Below, piece by piece: positions 23,099 to 35,015 of a stretch of DNA of 64,000 nucleotides. The DNA comes from Azolla caroliniana (taxonomy: Eukaryota > Plantae > Polypodiophyta), in the NCBI GenBank assembly GCA_043228905.1, contig JBHGNT010000008.1, forward strand, positions 13,268,001-13,332,000, in the 5' to 3' direction. Position 1 is the first letter of the stretch; each line of letters begins with the position of its first letter. The translations under genes were made by a program, and so were the position numbers. The notes under the pieces are model-generated. The model saw nothing but the letters and a program-made list of their open reading frames with translations. It was not told where the DNA came from and made no database searches.

Positions 23099-25188
23099 GC
23101 CATGTTATTGTAGAATCTTGTGGATTAAGGATGGCACATGATGTGTCTGGTATTGATGACGTTGTAACAGATGAGGATACTACTGTCGACGTGGCTGAAA
23201 GTAAGAGTCCTGCTATCACATCTCCTTCAGATCAGCTCCACCCTATTCTTTTGGAACAGTGTACTGAATTAGGCAACGATGTGAAATGCCATGAAATAGT
23301 GGAAACAACATGTAAAACTGAGGTTCACAACAATAGTGTTTATGAACACTTGATGCAACATTTCTTCGAATCTCAAGACCTTTATTCCACCCCACCGAGC
23401 CCAACTACTGAAAATGTCCAAACAGATCCCTCTATACTTGAAAAGCTAGTTCAAGAAACGACTGATGTGCAATTAGCTGCTGAGGCGATGGGAAGGTTGT
23501 CGAAGGAGGACACACTTGCGCATTGGGTGAAAGAAGCAAGGCTAAATGGGCAACCGGCCAGAAAAAGGTTGAAGAAGGGGCCACGATCGAGAACAAGACC
23601 AGTTACTCGGTCAAGGGGCCCAGACGTAGGGGAGCGAAATAGTGTTTAGTTGGATATGATTGTTAGCTTAGGGATTTTGCTAGGGTTTTATGAAGTTTTA
23701 CTATCCTGTTGGACAAGTAAAACCTCAGATTGGTTGTTGCTTGATCCACATTATGTAATGGAACTCTATGATAGTTTTCCAAGATAATTTGAAGAGTGTT
23801 GTTCTATAACTGAAACTCTTTGATGTTCAGGATGTTGTTTTGTGAGACTGTTAGTTACTTTGTGAGTGTGAATATGTTGGTGTTTTATGATGTTGCAGAG
23901 TCTAAAGGGTTTGATTCTATTGCTTGTAAGGCCAATGGTAGTGTGGATACTGTTGATGTTGCGGCATGTTTAAAGGGCCCCATCTTGAAAGTAGATGTAG
24001 CAACTGACACAAGTGATCTGGTCACACAAGTTGATCAAGCATGTTGCACGGATGACTTGGTGTTGCAGGTAGATGCAACATGTGATACCAGTTGACTGAT
24101 ATCGAGCAGATCAGTAGCTACATGCACCGAGGTAATCCAAGGATTGATAACTAAGTCGACAAAACAAGAGCACCAGAATGTGAAGCCCGGCCCAACACAG
24201 TCGACTAGGGGTTTGAAGAGGAAAAGGACGCCAGTTGTGTCTGCTGAACTTGAGCTGATTGAGATTGATCATGTCCTACCAGAAAATGGTGTAACAACAG
24301 CTCAGTTTCAGGAATGGAAACCTAAACCACTAGAAGTCGAAAGAAGAGCCTTGATCTTGGAGCTTGATAAAGTCTTGATGAGTGTGAGATATATGCAACC
24401 AAGGAGGGATGCAAATCAGTTTCTAGAGTGGGTTGTGCAATACTTTGATTTGTTTATTTGGAGTGAAAAACCAAAATAAGATGTGTGGAAGTGTTTAGTA
24501 AGATTCTTCCCAAAATGGCGAAGTCGTTTTAAAGGTCAATGGGCGCGAGAAAATTGTGAGCAAATGGAAGTTGCAAGATTCAAGAGCCTTTCTGATTTTT
24601 GGGCTACTTGGCTTGAATATAATGCTAACAATACATTGATTTTGGATACAGAACATTTCCGGCACTTCAATATTCGGAGATGCTGTCTCATTCTACCCGA
24701 GGAAATGCCTGAACAGTACCTGGTGCAAACAGTGAGCTGCCAACTAGGTGCATGGTTGTGGACTCCATACCGAGCTCGATATGCGGATAATATATGGAGA
24801 CTTGTTCCACTAACTAGCAAGAGCTTAGCTGTTTATAGGAGATTTGTAGACATTTCCAATGGTAATTTATAAATATGTAAAGAGATGACATTATTCAATG
24901 AAGAATTTAATTACTTGTTCCCACTGTACTTATCTACTATGTAATTTGAGGAATATGTTGCAGATTGTTGATTTCATGCTATTGATGACTATTTAGCTAT
25001 TGACAGCTAATTAGCTGCATTTGTACAGCTAATTAGCTACTGATGACTATTTCGCTATAACTTATAACTTAAAACTTAGCAAAAAAGACATGATTTTATT
25101 GAGAAAGAAGCACAAAAAGCAAATTGTATACAAGAAATTGATTCTCAAACGAATTTATTTAGCTGTTTTCACGAAATACATGTTTGTT

Positions 25189-26600
25189 TTACAAGAGAAC
25201 ATGGTACAAATTCCATGGCATACTATTGTAAATACATTCATACACATTAGCACCAATAGTGTATAAACCTGAGCAGCTATTGTATTCTGACATTGGGATG
25301 TTGATGTACCTGACCAAATGAGAGTACATGTACGCCGCTGGTTTGTCTTCTAACAGCCTGTACACATATTCGTAGTCATACACATTAGCACCAATAGTGT
25401 ATAAACCTAAGCAGCTATTGTATTCTGACATTGGGATGTTGATGTACCTGACCAAATGAGAGTACATGTACGCCGCTGGTTTGTCTTCTAACAGCCTGTA
25501 CAGATATTCGTAGTCATCTAGTTTTGCATAAAAAATGCCTTCGATGTAGAATGTCCCGGAAGATACAAAATTTCCCCATACATCTACAATATTCTGCCTT
25601 GCACACTGTTTACTAACCGTGCACTTCAATATATAGAAATCAACACCCTCTGAATTGCCTTCTTCAGCATTTACAGTGAAGTTATCCCCAACATTCAAGA
25701 CATCACTCAAAGTATCTCCAAGTCCCTCATATCTGAAGTCAACATTCTGCCTTGTTTCTCCATCAACTGCTTCCTTATCATTCAGAGTGTGATACTCCCA
25801 ATTCTGAATGTATGCTTTGTTTAGACAATATCTCCAATTTCCCTGCACACAATGGAAGCAAAAACAAGTCAATTCTCTAACCGCAATACAATGACCATCC
25901 AACCTGGAATAACCGTGAACAGTATGCAGAGATCGCAACTCGGGAATTCCTTGCCACTCCCAGGTCTTCTCCCTATTTACTTCATCTATCTTCACTTCCC
26001 AAAATTCACGTTTTATATCTCGGACTTGCGAGGAATATACACCTGTTGCACTCGTTGACATATTTGTTCTTAAAAATTCAACTACATGTGATGCACAATT
26101 CATGTGCACACCATCTGTCTTTAGTTGTTCATGGGTAAGTGCCCGCTTTATAACAGCCCCTGCACCATCATGTGCACCTTTACCATGGCCAGACCCAAAA
26201 AAATTCCATCTTATCTCCAAACCTGTTATAGCAGGATACCTCCCCACAAAATAAAATGGACGTCGAGCCTTGAATTGTAACGCAGCTCTATCAGACCAGA
26301 CCCAATGTTGAGTAAGCTCCAAACGTTGAGCTAATAACCACTGCCTTAAAACAGTGTTGGACAAACAAGGTATCATGCTTCTTATCATCGGAAATAAAGA
26401 AATGAATTACTTTTTTAACATCACCTGAAACTCGAAAATATGTTATGTGCACAAAAATGGTTACCTGAACTGAAACACCAATGCATAGATTGAATTTCAT
26501 TTTGCTACTTGAAAGTATAATTCTCTGCGAAATCTACTACTGAGACTACTACATCATTTGGGAAATCAGATATGCAAGTCTTAAACTGATGGGCCTGCCA
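25189..26600 (-). pseudogene. DDD transposase, Sola2-like, 5'-truncated
   Basis: Minus strand VVDFAENYTFK*QNEIQSMHW (~26540-26478), ISDDKKHD, WSDRAALQFK, WNFFGSGHGKGAHDGAGAVIKR, RELTCFCFHC; one stop and two frameshifts. Confidence 0.8.
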
Positions 26601-27002
26601 TGAATAAATGAGGACCCCGAAGGTCACTTAGACCTCAATCTAAACATGTGTTATAGTCATATGTATCAACGATGTTGTATGGTCTTGGTCATATTTGAAC
26701 TAGAGACCTCGAGAAAAAAGGCATTAAACACTTGAGCCAACCAAGTAGGTTGCTCTTCTTGAATGTTTCATGTTTCATGCATATAAGAGATATGCGAGGC
26801 ATTTGCCCATATATGTTTTTTTAAAAGAAACATATATGTCAAGAGTCCTTATTTCACCCTCATTTACTGCAACTATGTTGGTACGTTACCTAACCTCAAG
26901 TCTCGTAATTACGATGGCATACGCCAAAGTGCAACCTAATGGTCAAGCCAAATGAGCACTCTTTTCGTAGTAGGCCCACGTGGCTCATCACATGGTCACG
27001 TC

Positions 27003-27279
27003 TGTTGGGAACTCGACGTTCCTAATGTCCGACGCTCGGCCACAACCGAGATTCTTTACATACACAAAAAAACAGGTAATGAAACGAGATACAAAAGAGG
27101 AGAAATGATACACAGGAGGTATACGTGGAAAACCCCAAAATAGGGGAAAAACCACGGCAGCCCACAAGCTGCAAACTGTCACTATGTAGAGATATACAAC
27201 AGTGAGATCACTGAGGCAACGACCTCGTGCTCACAGATCTTCGCCACAGGCGGCGGTTACAACAGAGGCAACGACCTCG

Positions 27280-27315
<36 letters not shown>

Positions 27316-30300
27316 TGTACAGTTACACGCTCAGATTTCTTCTTGCACCAACAAGAAAGAATAATAACAAAAAAAAAACGACAACAACTCCTTCTAAAAG
27401 TTTGCCCTAAGTCATATTTATACTAATATGACTTTTCGGCTATTTACAAATGTAGCCTCGATGGGCTCCATCCGGCTCTCCGCAGTCGGGTACTCTCCAT
27501 CCGGCTCTCCGCAGTCCGGTACTCTCCATCCAGCTCTCCGCAGTCGGGTACTCCTCATCCGGTTCATACCGGGCCTACACCATCCGACTCTCCGCAGTCG
27601 GGTACTCCTCATCCGGTTCATACCGGGCCTACACCATCCGACTCTCCACAGTCGGGTACTCCTCATCCGGTTCATACCGTTTCGGCCGAGGCCGATCGGC
27701 CTCGGCCGAGTTTGTTCGTTGGCACTGGTCTTCTCACTTCCCATCCGGAGGGACCTGTCTACCAACAAACTCCCCCTTCACTCCGGCATGGGGTTTCTTT
27801 CCAGCCCGATCCTCTTCCGGCATGCGTCCAGCTTGTCGGGTGTCAGCACTTTGGTCAGCATATCTGACCCGTTCTCGGCCGTGTGAATCTTCGCTAGTGC
27901 GAACTCCTGGTCATCTACCCTTTCCCGGATCCAGTGATACCTCCGCTGGATATGCTTCGTCCGAGAATGGTAGGCCGCATTCTTAGCAAGGTGGATGGCA
28001 CTTTGACTGTCGCAGTAGAGTCGGTATTCCTCTTGTCGGATACCGAGCTCTCCGATGAAGTCCTTCATCCATAATATTTCCTTGCCGGCTTCTACAGCCG
28101 CCATGTACTCCGCCTCTGTGGTTGACAATGCAACCGTCTTCTGCAGCCTCGACTGCCATGAAACAGCTCCCCCTGCATATGTCATCACATACCCGGATGT
28201 AAACCGGCTGGTATCCACATCAGCCGACATGTCCGAAACGGTGAAACCGTCCAGTTAAGGTTTCCCGGAGCCGAATCGGAGACACATATTTGAAGTGCCC
28301 TTCAAATACCGGAGTATCCATTTGACCGCATTCCAATGCTCCTTGCCGAGATTACTCATGAACCGGCTCACCACTCCGACTGCGTATCCAATGTCCGGTC
28401 GGGTACAAACCATTGCATACATCAAGCTCCCGACGGCAGAGGCATATGGGATCTTCATCATATCTGCCTTCTCTCCTTTTGTCTTCGGGCTTTGCTTGCC
28501 GGACAACTTGCAGTTTGCCGGAAGTGTCGATCCGACCGGTTTTGCATTTGACATGTTGAACCGGTGAAGCACCTTTGTCACATACTTCTCCTGTGACAGC
28601 CATAATTGCTTCACTGACCGGTCCCGAATGATGTGCATCCCCAACATCTGTCTTGCCGGACCCAAGTCCTTCATTGAGAAGGTCCGGTTGAGAGCCTTCT
28701 TCAGCATCCGAATTTTTCCTTGGTCTCGTCCGACGATCAACATGTCATCCACGTACAGGAGAAGTATCAGGAAGTCCCCTCCTTCGAACTTCTTCACGAA
28801 CACGCAGTGATCGGCCTGCGTCTTGTGGTACCCTTGATCGGTCATGAAGGAGTCGAACTTCCGATACCATTGCCGGGGAGCCTGCTTCAGTCCGTACAGG
28901 CTCTTCTTCAACCGGCATACCAGGTGCTCCTTCCCTTTCTCCACAAATCCTTCCGGTTGCTGCATGTAGATTTCCTCTTCGAGGTCGCCGTGGAGGAATG
29001 TCGTCTTCACGTCCAGCTGCTCTACCTCGAGATCCATGCTTGCTGCTATACTCAGCACCGTCCGGATGGAGGTCATCTTTACTACTGGGGCGAATATTTC
29101 GTCGAAGTCCACGCCCTTCTTCTGCTGGAACCCCTTCACCACGATCCTGGCTTTGTATCTCGGGGGGTTGTCGGCATCTCCCGGTTTCAACTTGAACACC
29201 CACTTGTTTCGGAGTGCCCGCTTTCCTTTCGGCAGCTCCACCAATTCGTACGTATGGTTCTCATGCAGGGAATCCATCTCATCCTGCATGGCACTTAACC
29301 ATTTTCGGCTGTGGGTGTCTTCCTTCGCTTCTTCGAAGCTTTCCGGCTCCCCCTCATCGGTCAGCAGGACATGCTCTACATCCGGAAATCTCCGGGGCGC
29401 CCTTCTCTCTCTGAGAGGATATCTACGTCTTTGGGCTTCGGTAATCGGTTCCTCCATTTGCTCTTCATCCGAATCCGATTCGGGGTCTTGACCGGTTCCG
29501 GTCTCAGCTTCCTCTACTTCTTCTTCTGCCGATCCAGTATCCTCACCGTAACCGGCTGGTTCTTCGAGTGCTAACCGGTCTCTTGCCAGTTGGGTCTGCT
29601 CATTGTAGAGTCTATCCTTACCGGTCGACTCGGAGTTCATTATCTTCTTCTCGGACTCCCAGTCGGCGAGCGTCTTGTCCTCCATGAAGATAATATCTCG
29701 ACTCCGAAATACCTTCTTGTCGACCAGGTCCCACACTTGGTAGCCGAACTCATCATCACCGTAACCGAGGAATATGCATGGCCGGGTCTTTGGATCTAGC
29801 TTTCCTCTCCGGTCCTTTGCTACATGCACGTACGCGAGACACCCGAACACCCTTAGGTGCCGGTAGGACACTTCCTTACCGGTCCATACACTCTGTGGCG
29901 TATCTCCGTCCAAGGGTACTGAGGGTGATCTGTTTATCACATATGTCGCCGTCGACAGTGCCTCAGCCCACAACTTCTTGGGTAGTTTTGCATGCGCTAG
30001 CATACTCCGGACCCTCTCCATTATGGTCTGGTTCATCCTCTCGGCCAGTCCGTTTAGTTCCGGCGTCTTCGGCACGGTAAATTCGAGCCGGATTCCCTTC
30101 GAGCGGCAGTACTCCTCGAACTGCCCCCGGTACTCACCTCCGTTATCTGCTCAAACCGCCTTCAGCTTCCGGCCGGTTTCTCTTTCCACTCTCGCGTGGA
30201 GCTCTTTGAAGACGGATAACACCTGATCCTTCGTCTTCAGCGGTGTGGCCCACAGCTTCCGGCTGTGGTCATCTATGAACGTCACGAAGTACTGCGCTCC

Positions 30301-32089
30301 GGCATGTGACTTCGTGTCTACTTGACAAACATCTGTATGCACCAACTCCAGTGGTGCATTACGTCTCATCGGTGGCCTTGGTCGGAAGGAGGTCCGGTTC
30401 TGCTTACCGGCCAGACAATCAGTGCACTTCTCTAAGTGCACGTTCTTCACTGGAATGAGGTTGTCGTCTCCAAGCCTCTTCATCCCCTTCTCACTCATGT
30501 GACATAGCCTTTTGTGCCACAGCTCACCGGCAGTGTCGGAAGCCACATTCACTTCTTCCGGACATAACCGGGCATTCATCAGGTACAGCGTGTTTACTTT
30601 CCGGGCCCGAGCCACAATCAGGCTCCCTTTGCTGAACTTCATGACACCGTTCCGGATACTACCCGTGTAGCCTTCATCATCTAGCTGACCGGCTGATATC
30701 AGGTTCAGACGAACTTCCGGAACGTGTCGGACATCTTTCAACAGCAACTTGCATCCGGTTGGTGTTGTCAGCCACACGTCTCCTATGCCGACAATTCGGC
30801 ATGTTCCTTCATTCCCATCCGGACACAGCCGTGATCACCGGCTGAGTAGGATGAGAAGCATTTCCGGTCCGGGGAAAGGTGGAACGATGCTCCGGAGTCT
30901 ACCACCCAGGTCATCTCGTCGCCGGCATGGTTTATCTCACTCTCCTCGGTGATGAGCATCAACTCCTCTTCACTTGCCGCAATTGCCGTCGTTCCTTTCC
31001 GGTCCGGCCCCCTCCGGTCTTTACCGTTCCGGTCTGTACCGCTCCGGTTCGAGGTTTGCTTCGAATCGGTACCGTCGGTTTCCTTGTCTTTTCGGAAATG
31101 CCGACAGTTCTTTTGGAAGTGTCCCGGTTTGCCGCAATAGAAGCAAGTAGGCCTCCCCCTTGACTTTGACCGCGTCCCCGACTTCTCCCGGTTCTGGGGA
31201 CTACGGTTTCTTTGTCTTTCCGACGAGCCTCCTCATCTAGCAAGCTCGACTTTACTCTTGCTAGGGATAACCGTTTTCCTTCCGGCCCGGCGTTGCCCAA
31301 AGTGACAACCAACGTCTCCCAGTTATCCGGGAGGGAACCGAGCAGGAGTAGCGCTCGGACCTCATCGGCAAGAGGTACTTCCAATGACGTTGCCTGGTGA
31401 ATCAGCCCCTGGAAGGCATTCATATGCTCCGCCATGCTGGAGCCATCTTGGTACCGGAGTCTTACTAGCTTCCGGAATACCGACACCTGATTGACAGCAT
31501 TTTTGTTCTGGAACATTATGCCGATCTTCTCCCAGAGCTCATGAGCCTTGCTCTCTTCATTGAAGTTGTTGTATAGGCTCATGTCGATGAAGCACCGTAT
31601 GTACGCCGTTGTCTTCATGTGCATCACCTCCCATATCGCGGCGTCGATTTTGTCCGGTTTCTTGTCCCCGAACTGAACCGGCAGCCAGAGGTCTTTAACC
31701 ACGAGCATGTCCCTCATCTTCGACTTCCACACTGAATAGTTGGAGCCGGTGAGCTTGAACATGCCGCCAAACGATTCGTCCATTTTCTGTGTCGATTTCG
31801 CTCTGATACCACTTGTTGGGAACTCGACGTTCCTAATGTCCGACGCTCGGCCACAACCGAGATTCTTTACATACACAAAAAAACAGGTAATGAAACGAGA
31901 TACAAAAGAGGAGAAATGATACACAGGAGGTATACGTGGAAAACCCCAAAATAGGGGAAAAACCACGGCAGCCCACAAGCTGCAAACTGTCACTATGTAG
32001 AGATATACAACAGTGAGATCACTGAGGCAACGACCTCGTGCTCACAGATCTTCGCCACAGGCGGCGGTTACAACAGAGGCAACGACCTC

Positions 32090-32133
<44 letters not shown>

Positions 32134-32571
32134 GTACAGTTACACGCTCAGATTTCTTCTTGCACCAACAAGAAAGAATAATAACAAAAAAAAAAACGAC
32201 AACAACTCCTTCTAAAAGTTTGCCCTAAGTCATATTTATACTAATATGACTTTTCGGCTATTTACAAATGTAGCCTCAATGGGCTCCATCCGGCTCTCCG
32301 CAGTCGGGTACTCTCCATCCAGCTCTCCGCAGTCAGGTACTCCTCATCCGGTTCATACCGGGCCTACACCATCCGACTCTCCGCAGTCGGGTACTCTCCA
32401 TCCAGCTCTCCGCAGTCAGGTACTCCTCATCCGGTTCATACCGGGCCTACACCATCCGACTCTCCGCAGTCGGGTACTCCTCATCCGGTTCATACCGTTT
32501 CGGCCGAGGCCGAGTTTGTTCATCGGCACTGGTCTTCTCACTTCCCATCCGGAGGGACCTGTCTACCAACA
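27003..32571 (-). mobile_element. Near-complete Ty1/copia element (Tnt1/Tork-like)
   Basis: LTRs 27003-27767 and 31814-32571; TSD ACGTC; PBS TGGTATCAGAGC (tRNA-iMet) at 31800-31811; PPT AAGGGGGAG; gag-PR-INT-RT-RH with a few stops and frameshifts. Confidence 0.97.
27778..31783 (-). pseudogene. Copia gag-pol
   Basis: LWHKRLCH, LELVHTD, TPELNGLAERMN, QLDVKTTFLHG, LYVDDML, CDSQSAI, SDMLTK; stops at 30151 and 28255. Confidence 0.95.
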
Positions 32572-32576
32572 ACGTC

Positions 32577-34081
32577 AATACGAATGCCTCTCGTAAGAAT
32601 GATCTCATGGTGGCATCGTATCCATGAAATGAGGGAGGGATGTTGGATACGTATGTCATAAGAGCGACCTCACATGAAGTGGGTCAAACCCTACGTACTC
32701 AACATCATTATGGCTATTGGCGTTTCTTTACGTAACGAAATATCGAAGTCACCAACGGGGATTTCAACAATAAAAAATTGTTGAAAAAAAAGGATGGTGA
32801 CAACACGATTCTCACAAAAATGTGAGGACGGCCACCAAGAACCTTTCCCCAAAAAGGAAAACATTCGATTTAAAATCACGTAAGAACGTATATACACATA
32901 TGTATACTATCACATATATACGATCAACTACGTATACACGTGACCACATATGCCTATATTAAAGAAATCGTTATATTTAATAGCAAAAAATGACGTAATC
33001 GAGATACGTAATCGAGGCATATACCTCTACGCACACGAGACATCCAAAAATAAGGGTTCAATGTAATACGCAATTGAGGTATTGACCTCTTACGCATACG
33101 AGACCAAACGCATATCATTTACAACAAAATCGAGGTGTTGACCTCATACACAAATGTAACATATGTTCGTGAACGTAATACGTAATTGAGGTATTAACCT
33201 CGTACGCATACGACACTCGTCACATATTATTTATATGTCAAACAAGGTATTGACCTCGTGGACATATGTAAACGTTTTAGATAACCAATTAAATACCACT
33301 ACAACATCATTTAATTAATGAAAATAATCTACATATTAACCATACACATGATTAGATGGGAGAAGAAAAAATAGACAAAAAAAATAAGAAAGATTACCGA
33401 AGTTCCTTGTTGATCCTCGTCTGCATGAAGGCCAACCGCACAACGATTGATCGCCATCCATCGAGAAGATAAGACCAACAAAAGAAACATTAGTACATAG
33501 GCTCGGATACCAAATATTAGAGACATGTACGAAAGTAAGCATTAGATAAGGATAGATCTAGGTAGATAGAAAGAAAGGAGAGAGAGAAAGAAGGGTGCCG
33601 ATCCACCCGTCCACCCCCGAGCGAAGGGATCGAGACGAACTCGAGCCTCGATCGGCATCCCATACCACTGCCGTGGCGTCAAGTCGTACCTGGTGCTGGC
33701 GTGCTCGCTATAAGAGTTGACCCTTCACAAGACAGAGTCTTGACATAGTCAACAAGATAGTCAAATGAGGGTAGCTAGGCCTCTTATTTATAGCGATACC
33801 CAAGGGCCCCAAGCAAGTTCACACTTGGCCTAATGGGTTGTCTCAATCCTGGGGATTTAAAAGTAATCCACCCCTTCTTTACACTCTCGTTTAACCCTCA
33901 CACTTATCCACATGTATATAATACTACGGTAAATTCTCACCACGGGATATTATATGGTCATGCCCGTAACAAGTTTGGCGAATATGTCAGGAGGCTGCCG
34001 ATTCGTCAGAACATACACTAGTTCAACTTCACTGGAGGAGATTCGCTCTCAGAAAAAATGGTAATGCACCTCAATGTGCTT
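32577..34081 (-). mobile_element. Probable non-coding LTR element (also covers 26601-27002): PBS and 5' LTR
   Basis: PBS-like TGGTATCCGAGC on minus at 33501-33512; TATA on minus at ~33785; degenerate AATTGAGGTATTGACCTC repeats at 33000-33260; partner LTR not seen. Confidence 0.5.
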
Positions 34082-35015
34082 TGTCCAGGCATGGAAGATG
34101 GGGTTCTTCGCCAGCTGGATGCTGTTGAGGTTGTCGCAATACCTACAAATGTCCTACAAATGTCTCTGTACCTATAGATATCCTACAAAACACTTTTTAT
34201 ACAAGTTCTTTAAAGGACTAATAGAAGTATTGACATGTACTTCAATGCTCATACGATCGACTGACACTAACTCCAAGGAATATGCCTATGTACTAGGCTC
34301 GAACCGTAGGCTCCAACGGCCTACCAATTCTCACTATTCCGGATTACAATCTGGTTCTCTGGTCCAACTCTAGGATCCGGATACCGATTTATCCGGACAT
34401 CCATTTGGTTCTCCGTTCCAGATACAAATCCGGCTCTAGCTTATTTCGTCGATCTGGATCCTTTTGAGCTTGCCCACTGGACACTCCCCCTCAAGCTCAA
34501 CTTGAGATCGTATCGCAATGTCTATTTGACGGCCCTTTCATCCGTCTGGTCTGGTTACTCTTCCCACAACCCGTTCGGTTCCGGGTAGCTTGACCTCCTC
34601 GGTCGGCTTGTCGTCTCCTTTGGCCCTGACAGGTCCCTTGTTGTCATGGTTGTGGCGCTTCTCGACCCGCCGTCTCCTCTGTGTCCGGGTCTTGGCCTTC
34701 TCATTCCGATCGGCTCTGTACTTCTTGACTCTACCACCATTGCCACTTGTTCCGACTTTATCACATGTGCCGACATCTTCTATCGACTTGGCTTCCTTCT
34801 CTCCAGCTCCTTGTCCGGTGCCATTACCTGCCTTTTTTATTTTTGTTCTGGTTTTCCGCATACCAGTACCGGTTCCCCCCCCCTCTAGTGCAGCATGTCG
34901 AGATGTTGAAGACCAAGCATCTCCGAAAAATGTTGCAACTTGTTGGTTCCAAGTGCCTTCGTGAAGATGTTGGCAACCTAGCGATCCAAGCATCTAGATG
35001 TTGGCAACCTAGCGA
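34082..35015 (-). mobile_element. Copia 3' remnant: LTR 34082-34483, PPT and RNase H end with C-terminal tail
   Basis: TGTCCAG...CTGGACA termini; PPT TTGAGGGGGAG; QVANIFTKALG..KLQHFSEMLG; related to the element at 57300. Confidence 0.8.

Larger units (their letters stand above)
20030..24872 (+). pseudogene. Multi-exon transposon cargo gene: helical region, RING finger, acidic linker, degenerate FCP1/NIF HAD-like domain
   Basis: Phase-consistent GT-AG exons 20030-20058, 20566-21247, 21332-21475 (one TAG), 21560-21896 and from 23114; RING-like CIAC...PCNHTYHHLLC...CLGDC; NIF-like LILELDKVL...RRDANQFLEWV..FDLFIWS...NTLILD. 3' exon structure uncertain; further stops at ~24095 and 24479. Confidence 0.7.
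8692..26600. mobile_element. Large DNA transposon (Sola2-like) with cargo gene; right end missing
   Basis: TAGCTAATTAGCTA motif at the left end (8725-8764) recurs at 21912-23098 and ~25005-25040; contains a spliced cargo gene (+) and a DDD transposase (-); no TIR pair or TSD could be confirmed. Confidence 0.6.
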
